From Phoronis australis (taxonomy: Eukaryota; Animalia; Phoronida): 64,000 nucleotides of DNA. The notes under the pieces are model-generated. The model saw only the letters and a list, made by a program, of their open reading frames with translations, ran no database searches and had not been told where the DNA came from. Shown piece by piece: positions 1 to 12,400 of the stretch. A program made the translations under genes and the position numbers. The stretch lies in contig NMRA01000022.1 in the NCBI GenBank assembly GCA_002633005.1, positions 695,201 through 759,200 of the forward strand. The letters are read 5' to 3'. Positions within the stretch are counted from its first letter, which is position 1, and each line of letters starts with the position of its first letter.

Positions 1-1439
1 AATGCATTTTAAGTGAATGAAATTCGAAATGCTACACATGACTGGCACCACGTAGAAAGCCTGTAGAAGGGCAATCTCCATTTAATTAGGTCACACAATC
101 CGGCCTTTTAAGTACAATTTATCAAAAAGAAAAGTGCATTGGTAGTAAAACAACGCTTTCAAGAACATGATAAACGTTATTCGATTGAAATCTTCAAGGT
201 GAGATCCCAAAACGCTGCAACGGTGTTCTAAAATATCATTTCGCTTTGATTTTGTGCAACCATAGACGCTACTGCAACTTGAGATTTTTTCACAAAAATC
301 ACATATTAGCCCTCACAACCTGAATTTTTGATATTGTATGACTTTTCCCGCGAACAATCAGTAGTTTTCTTTAGCTAAGCTTTAAAACACTTTCGCAAAC
401 TTTACCTCTTCTTTTGTGAAGTTATTTTTTATTCTCCCAGTTCAACCTAAGCAAGGACAAAGGTCTGGGCTTCCCTTGCCTTACCTTACAATTTAATGAA
501 ATTAAAGTTTACTAAGTTAAATGTATACTTGAACCGGATTTTAGAAATTATACATGTAAAGAAAAAAAACATACAAGACAGTGTAGTAGTATATGGCTCT
601 GAAAAGGGGAGATAGTATTTTGGAATGATAAAATATCCTTACATTGCTATTAAATAATGCACTTGTGACCATCTGTTTGTAAATTTTTCTTTTTGTAAAT
701 TTTTTGAATAAATATATTTTTCACATGAGTAATAACTGTTAATTTCAAGTTGAAGTGGAGCGTTCACACACACAAAATAACTCGCACGAGGCGGAAGTTG
801 TTGCTCCGTACCTGGAAATGAACAGCTGATGCGAATACGGCGCGCAAAAGAAAACCCGTTTTTATGTAACCGCAGGTAATATGTTCTCACAAGTGAGGCA
901 TATCGCATTAGTTTTAATGGCGTCCAGACATCCCTCAAACCTAGAGACAACTCGTTCCAGGAGTAACATGTTCTAAGGTAAGTCTCTGTGTGGATGGCAC
1001 TAAATACATTGTCTGCTGGAGTATCGTTACATCACATTATGTGATTACATTCACATTATCTCCTCACAAAAAACCCGAAGTTACAAATCTATAAGGAATC
1101 TACCCCATAAGAAAACTCAATTTGCTTTCCGCTTTCGCTGGCACCTTAAAAGTTTCAAAAGTATTTAACTACCTTATGATTATGATTAACGCAAAACTCG
1201 TTCTAAAATTTCGTTTGCACCAAACCAACATCTAAACAGAACTCGAGTGAAATAATGTTTGGCCGAATACGAACATCACTACTGAACTCACCATCACAAA
1301 CACTAAACAACAAAATGACTGACTGACTAAATGACTGTCAGTGTTGCAAGCCTAAACCAATGGATTAATGACGTAATTATAAAAAAACAGGAAACTACTT
1401 ACTTCTCCACATCCAGGAATCCGCTGCCAGCTGGGTCAA
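1..1439 (-). pseudogene. Partial duplicated copy of the RLC 3' region: intron 6b-7b, truncated exon 6b, intron 5b-6b and truncated exon 5b
   Basis: 1-423 aligns with about 19842-20259 and about 750-1439 aligns with about 20779-21485, at high identity by eye. The exon 5 remnant 1439-1403 encodes [11 protein letters not shown] followed by a GTAAGT donor but has lost its 5' half. The exon 6 remnant 423-406 (NFTKEE|GTAAAG) has lost its acceptor. Confidence 0.88.
424..745 (-). mobile_element. 5'-truncated non-LTR retrotransposon 3' end (Tx1/L1-like)
   Basis: The minus-strand ORF tail YYSCEKYIYSKNLQKEKFTNRW resembles Tx1/L1 ORF2 C-termini. It is followed by an AT-rich UTR and an AATAAAAAA end. The segment is absent from the paralogous region at about 20260. 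Confidence 0.5.
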
Positions 1440-2669
1440 GCAAAGGTGCAGTAATTCTCAAATTACTTTGCACAAAAATAATTGCCAAATTTGTCAATTT
1501 CTTACTAGGCTGATTACCAGTGATGTAAACAACCAAATGTTGTTTTATGATATCTGCACAGAACAAAGCAGCTAAACACTGTTGTTTTGGGACATCTACA
1601 AAGTACAAACAATCTAATGATAGACTGGCATTTTCTTAATCTTTTTATTTGTGGAGAAATTTGGCAGAGTAGAATTTAACTTGTCCACCATATTGTGACC
1701 TAAATAGATGAGGAATTACTGTAGACTACTACCTTAGTAAGAATTTTGGACTATCAATTAGTCGAGTGGTTTGAAACTTGAAAAGACGTTTAGGTTAATA
1801 GTCTTAGCACTGTTGTATCCTTGTCAGAATTCTCCTCTCTTGAGTTATTTATACAATGCAGAGTTCGTTGCCTGTTTTGATTTGTTTTAATGTAAGTTGA
1901 TATCGCTTAATGGTATACATAAAGCCGCATTGAGCGCTATTTAGCCAGCTAAAAACGAAAACTGTATTTGTCCCTTCACTTTTACAAAATCTATTGTCCC
2001 TAACCACTTCCGTTACCACCAAGAACATAGACACCATCAGGGACTGAAAAAAACGTTTCAAAGTTAATTGGGGTTGGAGAGCCCCAAAATTGTAAATTTT
2101 AAAATGGTGCACGTTTGCGTTGGTAAGCTTTGGAATCTTGTCATGGTAAGGAATGGCACCAGTCCAGTTTTATGAGGGTAAAAGGCCTTATTTTTATGTT
2201 TAGCCAGAGAGCAAAATGCAGTTTTAAAATATCCGCGAGGCAAAATCATTGGATGTTGGTTTAATCCAAATGTAAGTTTTTATCATTTAGTACAATCTAT
2301 TTTGTTTTTATAATGCAGAGATTAAATCTTTGTGCTTTACATTGATGCTGTTTAGTTTTAGACCATTGCAAGTTATTGTTATACGACTAAAATCGGATGT
2401 ACGTACCTATAACGCTTTCTGTTGTATGGTTGTTGAAATCTTTATGGTTACAAATTTAACTTTTAATATATGGTTATGCGTTGATTTTAATCAAGTTTAA
2501 TTAAACGTTCTCTTACAATTCCACTACGCAAACTATTTTAAAGAAATGATTTGTTTCATAGTAGTGTGTATAGCTGTTATGTACCGATAGGTCTTAAATA
2601 TTTTTATGAACAAAAGCACTTCATTTCTGTTCACATGTTTGGGGAGATTTGATTATGCAAGTTTTTATC

Positions 2670-2740
2670 CAGGGCCTTCTTGGAAAGCAGTGCTATCACT
2701 GATGAGGCCACCCTCATTTTAAATATCACAATAATAATAA
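2670..2740 (+). repeat. LINE/SINE 3' tail: stem-loop plus (AAT)n
   Basis: GGGCCTTCTTGGAAAGCAGTG...GAGGCCACCCTCATTTTAAATA(AAT)n. A similar copy lies at about 46597-46670. Confidence 0.55.
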
Positions 2741-2811
2741 TCCAGGTTCCAGTTTGCTGTGATAAATTTGAATATTTTTCCAGAAACTAAATCATATCCA
2801 AACGCAGATTT

Positions 2812-3374
2812 AAAAGGACACTGAACCCAGATACTAAAAACTTTCCCATCCAGTTCTTTTCTCAACAACCCTCAAAATTTGGATAAAAGATTCAAAACTC
2901 CTTTCGAAGTGTGCTAAACTGGCAAGCGTGACCTATGCATTAAGCGAATTACACGGCAACTGTGGGAAACTACCACCCACCAAGGAACGCAATATGCCGA
3001 TTTTGTTATAAGCACGTAAATACACGGCATAATGCGTCCACATATAAATATGTAGGCGCATAAAAAACAGGGCCACTAGGTTCAGGCCTGACAATCGTGC
3101 ATCCGCGCCGAATTCCTGTAGACTTTGTGGACTTTTGTCTCGTTTACTCGGTACTTTTTGTTCCACCGAGGCGAACCTTTTTGCCCAATTCGCCAAATTG
3201 GGGGCTCGTTCGAGCCCCAAACCCACCTGGGTGCGTCCATGAAATTAATTTGTCGACATCTTCGTTCACAGTCTCTTGAAGCTTGAAGTTGGAACGTACA
3301 CATGCAGAATCTTTTCTACAGCAGAAATCCCAATATCAGTGAACCTTTACCTAATATAGGGTTCAATATTCTTT
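2812..3374. mobile_element. Degenerate TIR element (MITE-like) with a Helentron-like 3' end inside
   Basis: AAAGGACACTGAACCCAGATA at the left end matches inverted TATAGGGTTCAATATTCTTT at the right. 3023-3067 matches the terminal hairpin of the 24303-25554 element. Confidence 0.4.
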
Positions 3375-4428
3375 CGGAACAAGCTCAACCCACAAACTCG
3401 ATATATTAATGTAAATAAACTCTTGAATATTATTAACAATTACAATTACAATTACAGCAAAATTGTGCCCGACTTACCGACGACAATGCACTCGACTGCC
3501 AGACAAAGTTCAGAAACACTTTTCTAGCCTTGCGACTATCATTGCTTACATTGGTAGTTAGGATTCTTTGCTGACTATCGTAAAACCTCTGATCATATAC
3601 GAGACCCTAAATAGCAAGCAGTTTATGTAGTATGCACCACCGCCGTAAGTCACCATTTCTCATCACAATCGACAACCGTTGGAGCCACGAAATCACTTCA
3701 CAAAAAACTTTATCGATGTATCAAAGGTGATCCCTTCATCAGTGTAGTCATGGGACCTAACATAGTGAGCACAGCTGGGAAGATGGGCTCCTTGAAGCTA
3801 CTCGCTGGTCGTCTGTGTCTGGTTAAGTTTTCTTTACAAGCTGCACTGCACCTATACGATGTATTAGTATCCCTTAGTGCTCCGGAATTAGTGTCACAGA
3901 ATCGGAGGAATACGTGGACGGATAATCAAGCATCGTTAGGTGAATAAGATCACCAACAGTTGAAAAAAATATTAACATGTAATTTGCTCTACTGAACTGC
4001 AAATTTTATCAAAGTGAACGTGATTCTTTGAGTAACCTTAGACCTAAATTTTCTCGGGTATTCAAATTTCACCCAAATACGATCTTGAGATTAAGCATAA
4101 TTTTAAGCTCAAGCATACGACAGGATTCGACAACATTGTTCCTCAGCGATTGCACAAAAAAACTAAAAATTAAGCTAAAAAGCTGGAATAAATTCAGCTT
4201 ACTTTGAAAAAAATCGAAGTCATGTTCAAAGAGCATTGTTTGGGCTAAGGTTTCGAGTAAAATGGTTTGCGTAAAGATCCGTTTCATGAAGTTTTTAACA
4301 AAATGAAGCGGAGAGTGTCTTTAATGTCGGACTAGACACGTCGCGTAAATTACAAGGATATCATATCATAAAACATTCACAATTTGAGCATCGGGAGAAT
4401 TTTACAAAAAGAGACGCATATGTGACGC

Positions 4429-4622
4429 TCAAGAGGCCGATTGGTTAATTGGCATACATGTGACCCTGAAGGGTTTAGGTGAGTTGACGATGCCTCCACT
4501 ACCGTCCAGGGATGGTCTGACGTCACCAGCGGGCAATGTGAACTTAAATTGTTGTAGCAGAGAGGTGAAGAACAAAAACAACTCCATCTTTGCCAAGGAC
4601 TGTCCCAAACACTTCCGTTTGC
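4429..4622 (-). CDS. CYP exon 5 (heme cysteine to stop)
   Basis: Acceptor TTTTCAG, then GKRKCLGQSLAKMELFLFF...QSAS and TGA. Confidence 0.93.
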
Positions 4623-6397
4623 CTGAAAAACGTGTTTTAATGAGCTCCGAAATACATACTTTAAACGTAAAATGAGCGTAGATGCTCGGAGGTATTTTCA
4701 TTGTATAGCTATTCAAAAGCTTTCATTTGAAACTGTCGTGTTCATTTTACATGAAAACTCGTGAAAACATACTACACTAATTTTGCCATAGCAATACATT
4801 ACATTTTCGACAACGATGCAGATGGAACCTTCCAACAAGACTGCATTATACACGTTAATATCTGGATTTCGCTAATAAAGATCAAACATAGAATAAATAA
4901 AAAACTCGGAAAACAAATCTTCATCGCCTTGGTTTTCACTATCCAAACATCATGTCTTCGCTGTCTTACTCTGGCCGAAAACTAGTATTAGCAAACTTCG
5001 GGTAATTAGTCTAGCTGGTCTTACCTATTCCAAACGGTGAAACCTGGTCAGCTAGCGAATTATCGAATTGTCCATTTGTCGTCAAAAATCTCTCAGGTCG
5101 GAAGACTTCTGGTGCATAGAATACATCTTCGTTCATGTGAATGGAAGCTAAGTTGGGAATTATGATGGTGTCGGATGGTATTGAATAACCTCTGAAGGTG
5201 ATGTCTCGCGAGGTTTTGTGAGGAACTGACATGTATACGATGTTTCCTAAAAATACATTACAAACTGTGTCGATCAGAAACTGTTGAATGCCCCAAAACT
5301 GTTTACGAATCGTATAACTTCATTTGTAGTTATGAATTTTAAACTACAAACTAAAACGAAGATATATGCTTTAGGCGTGATACACTGCCCTCAAGTTCTT
5401 TTACAGAGTCCTCACTATAAACAAACAGCACTTGATTCATTCTGTTTGGCACGAGTGTGATGTTCTCTGCGTGACGTCGCGCCACCATAGAGGAGGGAGA
5501 ATTTTCGAGGCATTTGGTTGAAGTATTTCAATATTCTTGAATTTCGTAGAAGCATTTTGGATTTGTATAGGTATTTGAGATTCGTAAAGCGGTGATTAAC
5601 ATATCAATTTGATTTAGAACGTTTTCTTTTATAAACCTGCGTTCCATAGAACTCTTGTGAGAACTTATTTTTTGATTAAAAATTGACGGACCCGATTTTG
5701 GCAAATAATACAAGATAAAGCTAAACTTAGATAGAAATTTTCGTATTTTATACATCGAAATGAACCATGATCTTTGATCTGAGTACAACAATCCCCAAAG
5801 CTGTGTGTGCTTGCATTGCCAAACAATAATTGCGGATTATTTATAATAGGGTTCTGAAAAATTCGATTTATTATTTATTGTTAAAGAATGCAAGCACTCC
5901 GGCTTTGGAGATATTTTTGTACCAGGATAAAAAGATTACAATTCGTTTTGATGAAAATGTACAAAAATCGATTTTCATATTAGACCGATATTAGTTTTAG
6001 CCATCCTATCTAACCAAGCGAAAGTTAGTTCAAGTTGACTGATGTCCCTGGATTTCCAGAGACAAAATGCAACATTTACATGAGTAATTCAATTCGAAGA
6101 AAACGACCACAACACTCTTTCCCAAAAATTACTAACCGACTCTTTGAACTTCAGTTAGGACAGCTTGCGTGTAAGGCATATCTGTTTTGTCTTTAAAACT
6201 GGGATTCCTTTCAGCCCCAACTACATCGAGGATTTCTGCGCGTACTTTATCTTGCACATCCGGGAATGTAATCATGAAGAGCAGAGCCCATTGTAGTGTG
6301 GTTGTGGTTGTCTCGGTACCAGCAATGAAGAAGTCAAACGTCAACTTCGCTATGTGATCATCTGAAATAGTTTCATATAACAAGGGCCGTACAAAGC

Positions 6398-6463
<66 letters not shown>

Positions 6464-9400
6464 CAGTACCATCAGCACTATTGTCATTATTTTAATAAGG
6501 GTTCCGGGGGGGGAGGGTCGGCACATAAAAAATTTACCTGCCTCAGAGTCTGTCGCCTCCACTTTCGCCAGACCCGCTCCCCCCGATCATAATTCCCCGG
6601 TAGTCTCCTCTTTTGCACCCCTTTGTCAGCAGTCGAAACCACGTGCCTCAGTCCACGCTTCCTGCTGTCCTTATGGTCTGTAACCCGGCAAGAACGCGTA
6701 TCCCAGCAAAAGTTACATTCCTTCTTACAGAAAAACATTAATTTGTAGCTATCTGAATTATACGGTTTAGTTTAAACTGTAGAACGAGATCTCACTTTTC
6801 TAAATTAGCTTCGATTCAAGCTCATATTCTATTTGGTCCCACAGAGCACTGTCATATATTAAGAACTCGGTTGATGACAATACCTTGCAAAATCCGAAAA
6901 ACGCAAGTGGCACGCGCGTTCTGACTATACAATACTTTGGTGGCTGACAAACAACGTCTGAGTCTAGGATAAACATCCGACCTCTGACTCGATTCACAGG
7001 CTCAGACTCAAAATGTAACCGATCACAATGGAAGGCCAAGTCACCCATATGTACTTCCAGCCCGCGCACAGCTCAGGCTTGCCGCGCACAAAATTCTTTT
7101 GACGCGCACGCTTTTCCCTTCTCGCGGACGCACATTCCCACCTCACGGACCACTTTTCTGGTCTCGCGGACGTACTTCTTTGATCGCCGACGAACCAGGG
7201 CTGCTCCCGTAAATAATCCTTGTCCACGGTGATACTTCCCCTCTGAGCTCACAGATCAACTCGTCGATCGAACTGCTGGGATATTTTCGGGTAAACCTCT
7301 TACGGTTGCTGTTTCATTTTCCACTAAATGATTTGACTTGAGCCACCCTAGACTTCAATGGCCAGTTGCATGAAACAGTCCCAAATAGAGACTCCATTAA
7401 GTTTCCTAAATCAATAAAGTTGTCGTCAACTTGTGAAAACACCGTTTGTTCTTATTTGTTCCGTTTTAGTTTCATTACCAAGTTTTTTTGGCTTGATAAA
7501 AATCAAGAGTGAACTCAACGCTGAATTCTTAATATTATCGAAAATAAATAGGGATCTTTTCATGCAAGGTCCTTAGTTTAAGGATTAAGTCCCCACTTAT
7601 TTTCATTAAACTCAGGGCTCATTTTTTCCAATTATTAGAAAATGTCAATAGTCAAAGAGGGGCTCATAAAGAAGGTATTACATGATAGAAAGAAAGATTA
7701 CAATCGTGAGTTATGAAAGTCACAAATAAGCAAAAGACTTGACCTACTTAGTTGAGTCTCTATTTGGGACTGTTTCATGCAACCGGGCACAGGAGGTTAC
7801 CCAGATCATCAAGAATAGAAAGCAAGGTCGTCATCTGCAACAGAGTCTGACGTTGTGCAGTGCAAGGTTTAGTATAGGATTAGCCAAGGGCTTGTGATGC
7901 AAGTAGGAGAAAATACAAATTATGTAATTTTAAAATACACTATTATTATAATAATAATGATAATAATAATGATGATGATAATAATAATAATTATAATTAT
8001 CATTCTCATTCTCATTATCATTATCATTCTCATTATCATTATTATTATTATTATCATTAATGTTTAGCGCACAGAAAAATACAGGAATCATTTACTGTGA
8101 AGGCCCACAAATAAATTAATAAAGAACATTATGAATTTTAAGTAGCAACTAAACTGAATCTGTGACATGAAATAACAAATGATGTCTCAGAATGGTAAGA
8201 CACAAAGCAGATATTGCACTTTACACAGATTCTATCTACACACATATTAACTTACCTTCAAAAATGACATCAGTGACTTTTCCAGTGTCAACAACTCCGT
8301 GCTTTCCCAACAGATAGGCGTTCATGAGGTCGCTGGTTGAAGTCTTCTCTTTATCAAAACTCAACTTGTGTTCATCAAAGTGTCCAAGAATAACGCTTTT
8401 TATCTCGTTAAAAATGCGTTGCCTCTTGTCCGAATATCTTTTAACCATGGGACAGAATTTGAATCTGAGTGGAAGAAATCGCATCACCAAAGGAATAGAC
8501 ACCACATAATCAATCATTTTTAATAGTCTTCGGAACTCCTTGCTCTCGTAATCGTACCCTTTCCCGAACACTAAGCGACATATCACATTGGACACTGCAT
8601 TGCCAAGCAACGGACGAATATCGATGGTGTCATTGTGTCCACGCAGAGCGAGCAAAAGCGTGTTTACTTCGTGGATAATACTGGATTCCACCCCTTGCTT
8701 ACCAAGGCCAAGGTCTCGAAGATGACTCAAGGAAAATCGACGATTATCTCTCCAGATGTCGCCTTCAGCTGCCAGGACACCTGGTAATTAAAAAAATATA
8801 ATAATAAAAAGTAGACCCCGTAACCAAATCAATGTTAATTTAGTGCGTTTTTGCAACAACAGCGCAATGTTATTGTCACGGGGGCCAAGTTCACAGTAGA
8901 CCGACATCCACGCTTCGAATGCAGTGCTGTAGTGGGGCGTAGGCGCACGTAGGCGCAGCCAACCACCTTTGGGCATTTGAACGTAGCGCCTACGCACCAC
9001 AAGTTACGTTCAGTGCTCAAGGTGATGCAGTGGGCTTTGGGCGCCTACTTACCTCTAATTTTACCACTACAGCACTGTTCAAATGGGAAGGAAAAATTAA
9101 GTCATGCACTCAAACCAGCCCCCTGTTTAACAAAGCGGGCAAAAAGGTCCGCCTCAGAGAAACAAAAACTCCGAAAAAAGTAGAAAACAAGACAAAAGTC
9201 CACTAAAAAGGCAGGAACTAACAAAATTCGGCGAATGCACAGTTCATAGCTCTGAACGAACCCCATGATTCTTAGTAAAAGGTCTACATTCTCAAAAATT
9301 CGATCCTCCATTTTTAGGATGAGTGTGCCCCTCGGGTGATAATTCTCCAAAATCCACGAGGGTTCTAGATGAGGGGGATAACGACTGAGAACATGTAATA

Positions 9401-12400
9401 ATCTATTTATACCACATACTAAACGAGAAACATTGCAATGAATCGATCTATCTTTCTCGACTCGCCTCGGCTTTGTAACTACTTCCTATGTCAGAGGCCC
9501 GGGGTTGAAGGTCGTGACCTTTTAAGAAAAGCCGAGCTATTTTTGTCAAATAATGCGTTTACTCAAAACCAATTGAAAAATTAAACAAAATACAAATAAA
9601 GTGAATCTATAAATTAAGGTTTAGCAACTACTATAGCTTACTACACATTTTATCACGCTAAGCTTCGACCGGGAAAATATCGTCTGCTAAAGTAGGTTAC
9701 CACTAGTAACTGAGTATAATGCTCAAGTCAAAGGATACCGACGACAGCATACCCGCATTCAAATTGGAAATCGGTGATTTACAAGTGAGAGAACACGAGA
9801 GAAAAATTTCTCTGAACTAAAATATTGTTTTTATGGTAATTATGAGTCTTATTTTTCATAGCGTATAAATGTCGGTACAATGCCCTTTGCTAAACATGCG
9901 ATTGTTGCGCGTGCTCATTTAAACAGTACACACCATGGATTTTTGCACATTTTGAATTACCGGTGGCCACAGACTAAATGTATGACGTAAAATTTAGCTA
10001 AACCCATGTTTATTTTGTGTAATTAGCTCGAAATTTTGATTTTTCTTTCAATTTTGCCAATTTTCACATTTGCCGCCATGTGACGTCATGGGTTGACCAC
10101 AAGAGATCAGTGAATAGCATTGAACAATGGCAGAGAGCAGGGAATTTGAAAGCGACTACGATTATGAGCAAGAACTGAACAAATACTATGAAGAAACGTA
10201 CGGGAATGGTGGCCAGGATGAGGAAATGGGGTTGCACGAAAGCGAGAACAAGTTTAATGTGCTTCCGGCTGCGTACTTTTCTACTTTGAGCCTTACGAAG
10301 TGGATCCTCCCGCGAGAGAAGCGGCCACGGGCTCAGCGAGTCAACCCAGTCATCACAGACGATCCTGAATTAAGAGCTAGATGTTTCTGAATGATAAATA
10401 TTGTCCTTTATTGAACCAGGCCTTCATCGTAACGTCTCCTGTGACTGGAGTCGAAACACGAATTCTCAAAGTGGGCAGAACACAGAGTGGCCCCGGACTG
10501 AATCGCTTGGTCCACGATGACGTCCCACACTCTCGTTCGGCGCACGAAGCGATGCCACTTCTGCGCAACTTTGGTGTCCTTCGGAACACCGAGACGTTCT
10601 CCGCCTGGCTGCTGAGAACCTTCTCGACGCTAAATGTCCTTTGCTTTCACTTCACTCTATACACTTTGTATCTGATCCGAACAGTATGGCGAACGACTTG
10701 GGTTCAACCCATGACGTTGTACATAATTATTATTTTTTCAATTTTTGCGTGTTTCTTTATGAGCTGTGCACTGAAATCAAGTAAGATATAATAATAAAAT
10801 CTATTTTGAGGTACTAGAGTCATGTTGTGTACACTTTAAGTAGGAAAAGGTAAATCGATTCATTGCAATGTTTCTCTTTTAGTATGTGGTATAAATAGAT
10901 TATTACATGTTCTCAGTCGTTATCCCCCTTATCTAGAGCCCGAGTGGATTTTGGAGAATTATCACCCTCGGGGCTAACGCCCCTCGGGCGATAATTCTCC
11001 AAAATCCACTCGGGCTCTGGATAACGAGGGATAACGACTTCGCCATGTAATGATCTATATGTAAATAAAACAACAAAAATGGATCACTGAAATTTTCGGA
11101 TATAACAACATCCTTCGTCAACAGAAACACTATATGGCAATTTACATCTGATATATGGCGTAATGAGCATGATATATTGTTGCGAAAAAAGTAAAGGATA
11201 TAATTTAAGAAGTCTTTGTGTTCAATCCATTAGGTTCAAGTGTGTTGAGCTTATTTATCCAAAGTTGTTCTCCTTCGAGTCTGTGAGGGGTACTGGGGTA
11301 TTGAAGTTTCTCTATTATTTGTACAGAAAGACCTTGTAGATTATGATTTTGGAATTGAAATGATTACCTAAAGTATTAGAAATGTTTTTATGTATTATGT
11401 TAAGTCTATGATTGCGAAACCGTTTCGCAAGTTATGTTGACTAAATTGTATCCAGAGTCATGGTATATATGCATATTTCATTCGATCTAATTTGCTGTAT
11501 TTTGAAATGAGTAACTTTTTATAGGGATGTACAATCGCCCCTGTATGCCGTCGGCATTCAGGGCGATGTAATTGCCTAGTCTACACAAGCTCGACACGAT
11601 CTGAACATAGAACAAGCGCTGACTTTTAAGACCAACGAGTCGGGCTGTGAGCTTGGCTGGCTTTTCCTTGATTTGCAACTAAGGGAGTCGATTCGGCAAG
11701 TTTGAAAGCCAAAAACAGAAAAAAAAAACAAAACAACGCGACCAAATCAAATCAAAGACCTAAATGTCGTTCCCGGCAAAGTGTTATCGCCTCGTCTGCT
11801 CTTCAGTGAATGGCAGATTCAAGGCTTTTTGGAGAGAGTGCGAGGAACCAACGAATACGCACTTTTTCAGTAAATACAGTTTGAGAAAAGCAAACTGTAT
11901 ATTGTAAACGAGTATACAGCACAAAGCAAATAATAAAAATGTGAAATTATGTCCATTCACGTTAATGTACTCTGTCCCTAAGTTTAGTAGAACATGGCCA
12001 TTGGTAGCCGCTCGTGGAACTATTTCCGTGACAACGATAGCACGCTCACAATTCGCTGTTTCAGATCATGCTCTTACACCGCTTTCTGTTTTTAACCACC
12101 TGACTTGAGCCAGAGCAGATTCGCGAGTAGGTAAATCCTATGGGAAAGTCATTCAGCGACGTAACATGATTATGAAATGTGTAACAAGCGCAGGGATACA
12201 TCTATTGCCACAGGTCGTGGGTCGAGGGGGTTGTGGGTCGAGTCGTGGGGGTTGTGGGTCGAGGGGGTCNNNNNNGGGGGTTTTAGAACAATCCCTTTAA
12301 AACCACTGGCCCTGGCTTCAAAGCCAGCTGACTGGACTGCAAAATCCAATGGCCGGTGTTCCAACTTGGTGGTCGGACCTCAAAACGCGATGCCCGGTAC

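Noticed and set aside
2670-2715. GAAA plus CTGATGAG as a hammerhead ribozyme
   Set aside because: Only 12 nt lie between GAAA and CTGATGA, too few for stems III and I. It fits a retroposon 3' stem-loop better.
6487-7330. GC-richer ORF cluster in CYP intron 2 as a nested gene
   Set aside because: Multiple stops, no coherent splice pattern and no recognisable domain. Probably a decayed retroelement that I cannot classify.
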